Assembly (NCBI RefSeq): GCF_000023965.1
Contig: NC_013202.1
Location: 2,820,001-2,852,000 of the forward strand
Length of the DNA: 32,000 nt
Direction of reading: 5' to 3'
Origin: Halomicrobium mukohataei DSM 12286
Lineage (GTDB): Archaea > Halobacteriota > Halobacteria > Halobacteriales > Haloarculaceae
This document shows, one piece after another, positions 1 to 8,153 of the stretch. The notes below the pieces were generated by a model. It was not told where the DNA came from. It ran no database searches and worked only from the letters and a program-made list of their open reading frames with translations. Both the position numbers and the translations under genes were made by a program. How positions within the stretch are numbered: the first letter of the stretch is position 1; each line of letters begins with the position of its first letter.

Positions 1-171
1 ACCCGTGATTCCCAGCGTCCGGGCGCTCTCGATGGCGGCGGCGGCCGCGTCTTCGTCCGGTTCGAAGGTGACGTAGCGAGCGTCCATGTCGAGCTGTTCG
101 TAGGCCGCTTCGTGCATCGGCGGCGACAGCGAGTGACCGACCGGGTTCCCGATCAGACCGAACACGTCCAT
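1..171 (-). CDS. aroE: Shikimate dehydrogenase, N-terminal part (gene runs off the left edge)
   Basis: Hand translation of the reverse strand from ATG (complement of 169-171): [57 protein letters not shown]. The GNPxxHSxSPxxH motif is typical of the AroE N-terminus. Too short to appear in the ORF track. Confidence 0.8.
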   Translation of the reverse strand, partial: MDVFGLIGNPVGHSLSPPMHEAAYEQLDMDARYVTFEPDEDAAAAAIESARTLGITG

Positions 172-279
172 ATCTCCTGGGCACGCGCGGTGAATATCAA
201 AGATACGGTCGCGACGACCGGCGACCACCCGCCGGCCGTTTCGCAAGCTTTTCGGACGGACCTGTCCAGGGATGTGGTA

Positions 280-1701
280 GTGAGCCGCCTTCGTCATCCA
301 CTGGTGCAGATCGGAGTCGCAGCCGGGCTGACAGCCCCCTGGATGGTGCTGTTCGTCTACAACACGCTGGTCGGGGTCGGTCTGCTCGCCGGCAGCGTCG
401 TCCACTTCGGAACGCTTCCGGAGGTCGCCCTGACGGGGATCGCCGTCCTCGGTGCGTCCTTCCTGCTGGCGTGGGGTGCCGAGACGGCGGAGAAGGACGT
501 GCCGCGTGCCTTCGCGATCGCCGTCCTCGCGGTGCTCGCCGTCGCACCGGAGTACGCCGTCGACGCGCTGTACGCCTGGAACGCCGGTGCCGGTGGCGCG
601 ACGACCGAAGCCTGTAACGCGCTCTCGCCGGCCGCTATCGAGGCCGGCGAGACGGCGCTTGCCGGGGCCTGCCACGACGCCAACCTCGCCGTGGCCAACA
701 TGACCGGCGCGAACCGCATCCTCATCGGGATCGGCTGGGCCGGTATCGCCGTGTTCACCGTCTGGCGGGCCTTCGAGACGAAAGATCCAGCCGTCCAGGA
801 CCGCGAGGGATGGCTCGGCGACTCGGTCCAGCTCGACACGGACATCGCGACCGAGATCACCTTCCTCTTTGCGGCGACGGCGTGGGCCTTCCTGGTGCCA
901 CTGGGCGGGGGCATCGACATCCTCGATACGGTCGTCCTCGTGGGGATCTACGTCGCCTACATCGCGTTGATCCTCAAATCCGACATCGAACAGGGCGAGG
1001 AACACGTCGGCGTCCCCAGATACCTCCAGCAGTGGCCGCTGCCGTGGCGACCCCTGTCCGTGATCGTGCTGTTCGTCTACTCCGGCGTCGTGATCTTCAC
1101 GGCCGTCGAGCCGTTCGCCCACGGACTCGAACAGATCGGGATCGACAACGGGATCCCGCAGTTCTTCATGATCCAGTGGGTCGCGCCACTGGCCAGCGAG
1201 TCGCCGGAGCTGATCGTCGTCGCGGTGCTGGTCAACAAGGCCCGCTCGACGGCCGGTTTCAACGCTCTGATCTCCTCGAAGCTCAACCAGTGGACGCTGC
1301 TGATCGGGACCCTCTCGGTCGTGTTCTCGATTTCGTACGGTGCCTACGGCGTCCTGCCATTCGACGCCAAGCAGGCCGCCGAAATCTGGATCACCGCCGC
1401 CCAGTCGTACTTCGCGCTGGCGATCCTCAGTAACTTCGAGATCAGCATCCGAGAGGCGCTCGTCCTCTTTGGCCTGTTCATCTCGCAGGTGATCCTGGAG
1501 TTCGTCCTGATCCGCGAGTGGCTGGCCCTGCCTATCGACAGCTACGAACTCCTGTTGGCCTACACCGCGGTCTACCTGGTCGCCGGGACGGCGCTGCTGG
1601 TCAAGCGCCGCCAGTCGGTGCAGTTACTGTTCGGGTTGACCGCCGACGCGGTCCGTGACGCGACAGACCGTGAGACCGTCCACGAGGAGTTCGCGGACTG
1701 A
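280..1701 (+). CDS. Polytopic membrane protein, CaCA-superfamily (Na+/Ca2+ exchanger-like) cation antiporter
   Basis: Long ORF ending at TGA 1699-1701 with many hydrophobic segments. Alpha-repeat-like motifs are [11 protein letters not shown] and [14 protein letters not shown]. The start is uncertain: in-frame GTG at 274 and 280, ATG at 343. The ORF-track start at 112 would overlap aroE and gives an Arg-rich, unlikely N-terminus. Confidence 0.55.
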   Translation: MSRLRHPLVQIGVAAGLTAPWMVLFVYNTLVGVGLLAGSVVHFGTLPEVALTGIAVLGASFLLAWGAETAEKDVPRAFAIAVLAVLAVAPEYAVDALYAWNAGAGGATTEACNALSPAAIEAGETALAGACHDANLAVANMTGANRILIGIGWAGIAVFTVWRAFETKDPAVQDREGWLGDSVQLDTDIATEITFLFAATAWAFLVPLGGGIDILDTVVLVGIYVAYIALILKSDIEQGEEHVGVPRYLQQWPLPWRPLSVIVLFVYSGVVIFTAVEPFAHGLEQIGIDNGIPQFFMIQWVAPLASESPELIVVAVLVNKARSTAGFNALISSKLNQWTLLIGTLSVVFSISYGAYGVLPFDAKQAAEIWITAAQSYFALAILSNFEISIREALVLFGLFISQVILEFVLIREWLALPIDSYELLLAYTAVYLVAGTALLVKRRQSVQLLFGLTADAVRDATDRETVHEEFAD

Positions 1702-3062
1702 TGCTCGCCGTCGTCGTCTCGCGGTCGGACTCGGCCTCCGAACACGTGGGAGAACGACTGCTCGATCTTGTCGAGTGGACGGAGACCGTCGACGAGGAGC
1801 GGCCGGACGGCGACGGTGGCGGCACCGTCTACCGTCGGGACGAGATCGAACTCCGAACGTTCGACTCGATCCACCTCGACCTCGAATCGGTCGCGACGGC
1901 CTTCGACGACCCCGACCTGCTCGTCTTCGCGTCGCGCCACGCCGGTGAGACGGGGCCGCTCCTGACCGCACATCACACGGGAAACTTCGGGCCGGCGGAG
2001 TTCGGCGGCGCGGACGGCGTCCTCGCCCGTGCCTGTCCGAACGCACACCGCAGAGTCGTCGAGGCTCTCGAATCGTTCGCGCCCGAGGGCTACGAGGTTG
2101 GGATGGAGGCGACCCACCACGGCCCCAGCGTCGTCGGCGCTCCCTCGATGTTCGTCGAAGTCGGGAGCGACGAGCCCCAGTGGGACGACGCCGACGCCGC
2201 GCGGGCAGTCGCGCGAGCGATCCTCGCGCTCGAAGACACCGAGCCCGACGCGTCACGTGAGAACGGAACGCGTCGCCACCTCGTGGGCTTTGGCGGCGGC
2301 CACTACGCGCCCAGGTTCGAGCGCGTCCGCCGCGAGACCGACTGGGCGATCGGCCACGTCGGTGCCGACTGGGCGCTGGACGCGATGGGCGATCCCCGGG
2401 ACAACCCGGACGTGATCGAGCGGGCCTTCGAGCAGAGCCGTGCCGACTACGCACTGCTAGAGGCCGAGCGGCCGGCACTGCGCGAGACGATCGAAGGACT
2501 GGGTTACCGCGTCGTCGACGAGACGTGGGTTCGCGAGACCAGCGGCGTCTCGCTGGGACTGGTCGATCAACTGGAAGCCGCGATCGGACCGATCGACGAC
2601 GGCCTCCGGTGTGGCGAGCCCGCGAGAAACCACGACGGCGAGTTCGTCGTCTGGGACCCGTCTGGGGAGTTGCTGGCCAGGGCGAGCGGGATCGACCGGG
2701 AACGGACCCGAGCGGTCGTCGCTCGGACGGCGCTGGCGTTCGACACCGAACAGAACGGGACCGAAGTCGTCGGCCCCGTGGCGCTGCCAGCGCCCGACGA
2801 CCGCGACCCCATCGTCGAGGGACTCACCGCGGTCCTGGCACCGTCGTACGACGAGGTCGTTCGGGACGGCGACTGTCTCCGGGCGCGCGAAACGGCCTTC
2901 GATCCGTCGCTGGCCCGCGAGCACGGCGTTCCGGAAGGCCCGAAGTTCGGACAGCTATCGGCCGGCCGCTCGGTCGAGGTCGACGGCGAGACCGTCGATC
3001 CCGCGGACGTCGTTCGAGAGCGCGTCGACGAGTTCGAACTCGCAGAAGTACGGTCTCCGTAA
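1701..3062 (+). CDS. dtdA: D-aminoacyl-tRNA deacylase, archaeal DtdA type, long form with a C-terminal extension
   Basis: The N-terminus [21 protein letters not shown] and the HHTGN / THHGPS segments resemble archaeal DtdA. The ATG overlaps the upstream TGA by 1 nt (1699-1703 TGATG). It sits directly upstream of ftsZ, as in the conserved archaeal arrangement. Confidence 0.75.
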   Translation: MLAVVVSRSDSASEHVGERLLDLVEWTETVDEERPDGDGGGTVYRRDEIELRTFDSIHLDLESVATAFDDPDLLVFASRHAGETGPLLTAHHTGNFGPAEFGGADGVLARACPNAHRRVVEALESFAPEGYEVGMEATHHGPSVVGAPSMFVEVGSDEPQWDDADAARAVARAILALEDTEPDASRENGTRRHLVGFGGGHYAPRFERVRRETDWAIGHVGADWALDAMGDPRDNPDVIERAFEQSRADYALLEAERPALRETIEGLGYRVVDETWVRETSGVSLGLVDQLEAAIGPIDDGLRCGEPARNHDGEFVVWDPSGELLARASGIDRERTRAVVARTALAFDTEQNGTEVVGPVALPAPDDRDPIVEGLTAVLAPSYDEVVRDGDCLRARETAFDPSLAREHGVPEGPKFGQLSAGRSVEVDGETVDPADVVRERVDEFELAEVRSP

Positions 3063-3164
3063 CTGTTCGGCCCGGAATCGGCCGTCGCCGTCGAGATACG
3101 TCAGCCAGTCGTCAGACAGCAGGGGAACACTAATAAGCGCTCGTTTGTTATCGGCGTTCAAATT

Positions 3165-4334
3165 ATGGACTCCATAATCGACGACGCAATCGACGAGGCC
3201 GAGGAGGAGCGGGAGGGAGGCGATCCCGCTTCCGAGGGGCCCGACCAGGACCAGAGTTCGACCACACCAGACGCCACGAACACGTCTGGGACGATGACGG
3301 ACGAAGAGCTGGCCGACGTGGTCAAGGACCTCGAAACCAAGATCACCGTCGTCGGGTGTGGGGGCGCGGGCGGCAACACGGTCACCCGAATGATGGAGGA
3401 GGGGATCCACGGTGCGAAGCTCGTGGCCGCCAACACGGACGCCCAGCACCTCGCCGACGAGGTCAAGGCCGACACGAAGATCCTCATCGGCAAGAAGCGC
3501 ACCGGCGGCCGCGGTGCCGGCTCGGTCCCGAAGATCGGCGAGGAGGCCGCCCAGGAGAACATCGAAGACATCCAGCAGTCCATCGACGGCTCCGACATGG
3601 TGTTCGTCACCGCTGGACTGGGTGGCGGGACCGGGACCGGTGCCGCCCCCGTCGTCGCACAGGCCGCACAGGAGTCCGACGCGCTGACGATCTCGATCGT
3701 CACCATCCCGTTCACCGCAGAGGGCGAGCGACGCCGCGCCAACGCCGACGCCGGCCTCGAACGCCTCCGTGCCGTCTCCGACACCGTCATCGTCGTCCCC
3801 AACGACCGCCTGCTCGACTACGCGCCCTCCATGCCGCTGCAGGACGCGTTCAAGATCTGTGACCGCGTGCTGATGCGTTCGGTCAAGGGGATGACCGAAC
3901 TGATCACCAAGCCCGGCCTCGTCAACGTCGACTTCGCCGACGTTCGCACCATCATGGAGAACGGCGGCGTCGCGATGATCGGCCTCGGGGAGTCCGACAG
4001 CGAGAACAAGGCCCAGGACTCGATCCGCTCGGCCCTGCGCTCGCCGCTGCTCGACGTGGAGTTCGACGGTGCCAACAGCGCGCTGGTCAACGTCGTCGGT
4101 GGCCCCGACATGTCCATCGAGGAGGCAGAAGGCGTCGTCGAGGAGATCTACGACCGGATCGACCCCGACGCTCGCATCATCTGGGGCGCGAGCGTCAACC
4201 AGGAGTTCGAGGGGAAGATGGAGACCATGATCGTCGTCACCGGCGTCGAGAGCCCGCAGATCTACGGCCAGAGCGAGGCCGAACGCGAGAAGGCCGCCCA
4301 GCAACTCGGCGAAGATATCGACTACGTCGAGTAG
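3165..4334 (+). CDS. ftsZ: Cell division GTPase FtsZ (probably the FtsZ1 paralogue, judged from linkage to secE-nusG)
   Basis: Tubulin/FtsZ signatures [13 protein letters not shown] and [15 protein letters not shown], with an acidic N-terminal extension. An AT-rich box (TAATAAG, about 3131-3138) lies roughly 30 nt upstream of the ATG. Confidence 0.95.
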   Translation: MDSIIDDAIDEAEEEREGGDPASEGPDQDQSSTTPDATNTSGTMTDEELADVVKDLETKITVVGCGGAGGNTVTRMMEEGIHGAKLVAANTDAQHLADEVKADTKILIGKKRTGGRGAGSVPKIGEEAAQENIEDIQQSIDGSDMVFVTAGLGGGTGTGAAPVVAQAAQESDALTISIVTIPFTAEGERRRANADAGLERLRAVSDTVIVVPNDRLLDYAPSMPLQDAFKICDRVLMRSVKGMTELITKPGLVNVDFADVRTIMENGGVAMIGLGESDSENKAQDSIRSALRSPLLDVEFDGANSALVNVVGGPDMSIEEAEGVVEEIYDRIDPDARIIWGASVNQEFEGKMETMIVVTGVESPQIYGQSEAEREKAAQQLGEDIDYVE

Positions 4335-4421
4335 TCGCCGACGAACGACTCGCCCGCTGTCGGTCGTTTCGCTTCCAGATCGGCGAAAAGTACTACTTCG
4401 ACCGCTCGTAAAGACGACAGT

Positions 4422-4640
4422 ATGGTGTCTGCACCGACGACACGGAGCGGCTGGGTGGCCTTCGCCGGTTCGATGATGGTGCTGTACGCGGCGATTCTCC
4501 TGCCGAGTTCGACGATAAATCTGGTCGACAGTCTCGTACTGGGCGCGTTCTACGGGCTATCTATGGCCGTATCTGTCGCGCTGCTGGTCGTCCTCTGGCG
4601 TGGGCTCCCAGATCTGCTCTACCGCCAGAGCGTCGCATAG
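4422..4640 (+). CDS. Small two-TM membrane protein (72 aa), function unknown; has a low-GC paralogue at 23630-23854
   Basis: ATG-started ORF with two hydrophobic helices. A gapless alignment to the 23630-23854 product gives 26 identities over the first 66 positions (hand count), which supports it as genuinely coding. Confidence 0.6.
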   Translation: MVSAPTTRSGWVAFAGSMMVLYAAILLPSSTINLVDSLVLGAFYGLSMAVSVALLVVLWRGLPDLLYRQSVA

Positions 4641-4710
4641 ACAAACGGGAACGACGGCGGACCGGAGGCGTCGTCCGTCACGCGGGCGACGCCGCGGCAA
4701 GATGCCGACC

Positions 4711-4722
4711 ACAATATAGAAA
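4711..4722 (+). promoter_or_regulatory. Putative TATA box for a leaderless or short-leader secE-nusG transcript
   Basis: ACAATATAGAAA is the only AT-rich patch in this intergenic region. It lies about 29-34 nt upstream of the secE ATG (4747), the spacing expected for haloarchaeal promoters. Confidence 0.35.
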
Positions 4723-4746
4723 AGCCCCCGGTGGCTACCGGTCGGC

Positions 4747-4926
4747 ATGGACGTACCCTACGATCTCACCTCGTACGTGCGGGTGCTCAAACTCGCCAGC
4801 ACGCCCTCCTGGGAGGAGTTCTCCAGGGTCGCCCTCATCGCGGGGGCTGGCATCGTACTCGTCGGACTCATCGGATTCGTCATCTTCGTGTTGATGTCGG
4901 TCGTCCCCGGCTCTACGCCAGCGTGA
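4747..4926 (+). CDS. secE: Protein translocase subunit SecE (Sec61-gamma), 59 aa
   Basis: Hand translation: MDVPYDLTSYVRVLKLASTPSWEEFSRVALIAGAGIVLVGLIGFVIFVLMSVVPGSTPA, ending at TGA 4924-4926. It has the Y.RVLK...P.W.EF motif plus a single C-terminal TM, and lies 4 nt upstream of nusG. Below the ORF-track size cut-off. Confidence 0.8.
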   Translation: MDVPYDLTSYVRVLKLASTPSWEEFSRVALIAGAGIVLVGLIGFVIFVLMSVVPGSTPA

Positions 4927-4930
4927 TACT

Positions 4931-5368
4931 ATGGGAATCTACGCAGTCAAAACCACGGCCAGTCAGGAGCGCACCGTCGCAGACATGATCATCAGCCGCG
5001 AGGAGGAGTCGATCCACGCCGCCCTCGCGCCGGACTCGCTGACCAGCTACGTCATGGTCGAGGCCGACGACGCCAGCGTCTTCGAGCGGATCTTAGACGA
5101 GATCCCCCACGCCAACGGCGTCGTCCCCGGCGAGTCCTCGATGTCGGAGGTCGAGCACTTCCTCTCGCCGAAACCCGACGTGGAAGGGATCGCCGAGGGC
5201 GACATCGTCGAACTCATCGCCGGCCCGTTCAAAGGCGAGAAGGCACAGGTCCAGCGCATCGACGAGGGCAAAGACCAGGTCACCGTCGAGCTGTACGAGG
5301 CGACGGTGCCGATCCCGGTCACCGTCCGTGGCGACCAGATTCGCGTGCTGGACAGCGAAGAGCGGTAA
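4931..5368 (+). CDS. nusG: Transcription elongation factor Spt5 (archaeal NusG), NGN + KOW domains
   Basis: MGIYAVKTTASQERTVADMI is an NGN-type N-terminus. The KOW region is GDIVELIAGPFKGEKAQVQRID. Position after secE is conserved. Confidence 0.9.
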   Translation: MGIYAVKTTASQERTVADMIISREEESIHAALAPDSLTSYVMVEADDASVFERILDEIPHANGVVPGESSMSEVEHFLSPKPDVEGIAEGDIVELIAGPFKGEKAQVQRIDEGKDQVTVELYEATVPIPVTVRGDQIRVLDSEER

Positions 5369-5860
5369 CGTAGTCCACAGAGTGCGAGGCGCGCCGGAGG
5401 CGGGCCTCGAAATCCTTTTTCGCCCACGTTTTTGCCACGAGTGGTCAGCTGTGCTGACCCGAGTGGAAAAAAGGTGGAGGCCCGACGGTGCCGATCCCGG
5501 TCACCGTCCGTGGCGACCAGATTCGCGTGCTGGACAGCGAAGAGCGGTAACGTAGTCCACAGAGTGCGAGGCGCGCCGGAGGCGGGCCTCGAAATCCTTT
5601 TTCTCCCACGTTTTTGCCACGAGTGGTCAGCTGTGCTGACCCGAGTGGAAAAAAGGTGGAGGCCCGACGGTGCCGATCCCGGTCACCGTCCGTGGCGACC
5701 AGATTCGCGTGCTGGACAGCGAAGAGCGGTAACGTAGTCCACAGAGTGCGAGGCGCGCCGGAGGCGGGCCTCGAAATCCTTTTTCTCCCACGTTTTTGCC
5801 ACGAGTGGTCAGCTGTGCTGACCCGAGTGGGAAAAAGGTGGAGGCCCGAAGGTCCCGATC
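5301..5860. repeat. Tandem direct repeat: three full 182-bp units (5301-5482, 5483-5664, 5665-5846) plus a degenerate 14-nt start of a fourth
   Basis: The period is 182 (CGACGGTGCC starts at 5301, 5483 and 5665). Neighbouring units differ at one position each: G/T at 5422 versus its equivalents, and one A/G in the A-tract of unit 3. Each unit holds the last 68 nt of nusG plus 114 nt downstream. Confidence 0.95.
5385..5420 (+). terminator. Putative nusG terminator: hairpin plus T5 tract, present once per repeat unit
   Basis: CGAGGC (5385-5390) and GCCTCG (5404-5409) form a stem. This is followed by AAATCCTTTTT, with a T5 run at 5416-5420, 17 nt after the nusG stop. T-runs are the known archaeal termination signal. 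Confidence 0.4.
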
Positions 5861-5867
5861 AGGAGTG

Positions 5868-6440
5868 TTACGGTAGCAGCGACCGCTTCGAGAGGTCGAC
5901 GGTCACGTCGAGATGGTACTGAGTCCATCCGTCGGCGTCGGGCTCGCGGTAAGAGAGGGGCACGGCGTCGAAATGGCCACGGAGCGTGTAGGTTCCGGTG
6001 TCGACGACTCGCTGGCCGTGGATCTCGTACTGTGCGCCGACCGACTCGCCGCCCTCCAGCGTGTTCGTGAGCGGGGTGTTGTCGAGGTGGGCGCTGTTGG
6101 TCGTGACTTCGACCCGATCGGTCTCCTCGTACTGGTCCGACAGCAGGAGGATCGCGTCGGGTCCGCGTTCGCCGGGTGGGGACAAGCCGAGCATGCCGAA
6201 CGGCCAGACGCCCGTCGTCCGGATCTCGATTGGCTTCTCGCCGGTGTTCCGGAGCGTGAGCGCGAGCGTGCCGGGGCTGTCGACCGTCACGTTCCGGTCG
6301 ACGGGAGTTACATCGAGTGCGAGTGGGGCAGCGATGTCGTCGACAGCGACGGCGCTCACGGTATACTCCGTGTCGGCCAGACAGCCCGCGAGCCCGCTCA
6401 TAGCCGCGGTGGCGAGGCCCAGATAGCGGCGTCGGTTCAT
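5868..6440 (-). CDS. Tat-signal lipoprotein (190 aa), function unknown, coupled to the ABC-2 transporter
   Basis: MNRRRYLGLATAAMSGLAGC contains a twin-arginine motif plus a lipobox Cys. Its ATG overlaps the upstream ATPase stop (ATGA at 6437-6440). Confidence 0.7.
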   Translation of the reverse strand: MNRRRYLGLATAAMSGLAGCLADTEYTVSAVAVDDIAAPLALDVTPVDRNVTVDSPGTLALTLRNTGEKPIEIRTTGVWPFGMLGLSPPGERGPDAILLLSDQYEETDRVEVTTNSAHLDNTPLTNTLEGGESVGAQYEIHGQRVVDTGTYTLRGHFDAVPLSYREPDADGWTQYHLDVTVDLSKRSLLP

Positions 6441-7186
6441 CGGTCCACCTCCTCCGTACGAACGGAGTCGCCGGTGAGTTGCATAAACACCGCTTCGATG
6501 GTCGCGTCGGCCGACAGATCACATCGGTCCCGGAGTTCGGCCAGCGAGCCCTCGGCGACGAGTCGGCCCCGGTGGAGAATGCCGACGCGATCACAGACCA
6601 GTTCGACCTGTCCGAGCACGTGACTGGAGAAAAACACCGTCGCACCGCGTTCGGATTCGACTTCGACGACCGCTCGAACGAGGGACGCCCCGTGGGGATC
6701 GAGCCCGGTAAAGGGTTCGTCGAGTACGAGGAGGTCGGGGTCACCGACGAGACTCATCGCGAGGGCCAGCCGCTGTTCCATCCCCTGTGAGAACTCACCG
6801 GCGGGCTTGTCGATCGCGTCGACCAGCCCGACGCGTTCGAGCAGCGATCGCGGCGTGTCGTCGGCGCGCTTCGTGTCGATGACGAGTTCGAGGTGGCGTC
6901 GCGCCGAGAGATCGTCGTAAGTGTCGAACCGGTCAGGGCAGATGCCGACCCGCTGGTGACAGGCGACCACGTCGTTCCACGGATCGTGGCCGAGGACTCG
7001 CGCCGTGCCGGCGGTGGGCTTGATGTAGTTCAACAGGAGGTTGATCGTCGTCGACTTGCCGGCACCGTTGGGCCCGAGGAAGCCGTACACCTCGCCTCGC
7101 TCGACGGTCAGGTCCAGCTCTGAGAGCGCCGTCGAGTCGCCGTACTGCTTCGTGAGGCCGTCCGTTTCGATGGCGGACGGCGTCAC
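6437..7186 (-). CDS. ABC transporter ATP-binding protein (ABC-2 / CcmA-like subfamily)
   Basis: Walker A is GPNGAGKST, the signature is FSQGMEQRL and Walker B is LLVLDEP. The GTG start overlaps the permease stop (GTGA at 7183-7186). Confidence 0.9.
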   Translation of the reverse strand: MTPSAIETDGLTKQYGDSTALSELDLTVERGEVYGFLGPNGAGKSTTINLLLNYIKPTAGTARVLGHDPWNDVVACHQRVGICPDRFDTYDDLSARRHLELVIDTKRADDTPRSLLERVGLVDAIDKPAGEFSQGMEQRLALAMSLVGDPDLLVLDEPFTGLDPHGASLVRAVVEVESERGATVFFSSHVLGQVELVCDRVGILHRGRLVAEGSLAELRDRCDLSADATIEAVFMQLTGDSVRTEEVDR

Positions 7187-8085
7187 GCGAGATCACCCCG
7201 TTCGAAGCGATAGCGAGCCAGTGCCAACGGCAGGATACACCAGGCCACCAGCACGACGAGCCCGAGCGCTTCGTGGAGGTAAGCCGGTGCCGTGGTCTGG
7301 CCGAACGCCGCGTCGACGACGAACGCGTTCACGTTCGTTCCCGGCTGGAGCTTGGTCAGGACCACGCTGTAGCCCGCCCCGGAGTTTCCGACACCGAGGA
7401 GCCAGTTCGTCACGACGCCGTAGGCGCGTTCCGGAGTGAGACGGAGCAAGACGAACAGGAGTCCGTCGGCCGGCGCGGCGTACGGATCGGCGGCGCTGCC
7501 GGTGAGTGCCCCGTAGACGGGGCCACTCGCGAGGCGCTGCCAGAAGACCGTGAGCAGGAGATAGAAGCCGCCGAAGACCAGCGCTGTCGCGCGGACCGTG
7601 CTGGTCGTCACCGCCGACACCGCCGTGGCGACGGAGACGAGTGTGAGGACGTACAGCAGCGTGACGAGCGTGACTCCGAGAAAGAGCAGCGGCGAAAAGA
7701 GCCCGAAGCGAACGGCTCCGAGCAGCCCCAGGACGATCGCGGCCACGGTGACCGGGACCGCGAGGCCGACGCTCCGGCCGACAACCTTCCCGACGAGGAT
7801 GTCGGTGCGGGTCACCGGGAGCCCCAACAGGAACTTCAGGCTGCCGGTGTCTCGTTCCTCGACGATCGCGCGGTAGCTCAGCAGCAACACGCCGAGTGGG
7901 AGGAGAACGCTCCCAGCCGACTGGAGGAAGGCGACCGTCATGTTCTGTCCGAGTTCGTCCCAGGCGAGGTACTGCGGGCGGTACGCCCAGCCGACGAGGA
8001 GGAGGGCCAATAACCAGGGACCTTTGGCGGTGAGAAGCGCGGACGCCTCGTTGCGAGCGATCGGAAACCATCGCGGGAGGGCCAT
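7183..8085 (-). CDS. ABC-2 family transporter permease (NosY-like)
   Basis: About 6 TM segments, lying directly upstream of and overlapping the ATPase gene. I prefer the start at ATG 8085 (MALPRWFPIARNEAS...) because a TATA-like box lies 26-31 nt upstream. An alternative in-frame ATG is at 8127. Confidence 0.75.
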   Translation of the reverse strand: MALPRWFPIARNEASALLTAKGPWLLALLLVGWAYRPQYLAWDELGQNMTVAFLQSAGSVLLPLGVLLLSYRAIVEERDTGSLKFLLGLPVTRTDILVGKVVGRSVGLAVPVTVAAIVLGLLGAVRFGLFSPLLFLGVTLVTLLYVLTLVSVATAVSAVTTSTVRATALVFGGFYLLLTVFWQRLASGPVYGALTGSAADPYAAPADGLLFVLLRLTPERAYGVVTNWLLGVGNSGAGYSVVLTKLQPGTNVNAFVVDAAFGQTTAPAYLHEALGLVVLVAWCILPLALARYRFERGDLA

Positions 8086-8107
8086 ACGATGGGGTCTGTC
8101 TCGCCAT

Positions 8108-8121
8108 CTGATAATACTACC
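8108..8121 (-). promoter_or_regulatory. Putative TATA box for a leaderless ABC-2 operon transcript
   Basis: The reverse strand reads GGTAGTATTATCAG. The TATTAT core lies 26-31 nt upstream of ATG 8085, in otherwise GC-rich DNA. Confidence 0.35.
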
Positions 8122-8153
8122 TATCATACGGAAAGTTGTAGGTCTTTACAAGA

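Noticed and set aside
112-279. ORF-track N-terminal extension of the CaCA-like gene starting at 112.
   Set aside because: It would overlap the aroE start region on the opposite strand and encodes [15 protein letters not shown]..., a basic non-membrane leader. Later in-frame starts (274, 280 or 343) precede the first TM helix.
2955-4304. 449-aa minus-strand ORF opposite ftsZ. Similar long antisense or off-frame ORFs occur at 1624-2478(-), 11404-12891(+), 13721-15418(+), 25462-26913(-), 26115-27683(+), 26792-28216(-) and 27685-28359(+).
   Set aside because: Their products are Arg/Pro/Gly/Asp-rich low-complexity strings typical of wrong-frame reading of >65% GC DNA. Each lies opposite or out of frame with a gene that has clear family motifs.
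5301-5860. Possibility that the regular repeats are a CRISPR array.
   Set aside because: The units are contiguous with no unique spacers, the period (182 bp) is far too long, and the unit demonstrably contains the nusG 3' end. This is a segmental tandem duplication.
5432-5922. Two overlapping 101/102-aa ORFs (5432-5737 and 5614-5922) inside the tandem array.
   Set aside because: They exist only because the 182-bp unit lacks stops in one frame. They are Arg/Cys-rich, not acidic, and read a different frame from the nusG fragment. The 182-nt period shifts frame in every unit.
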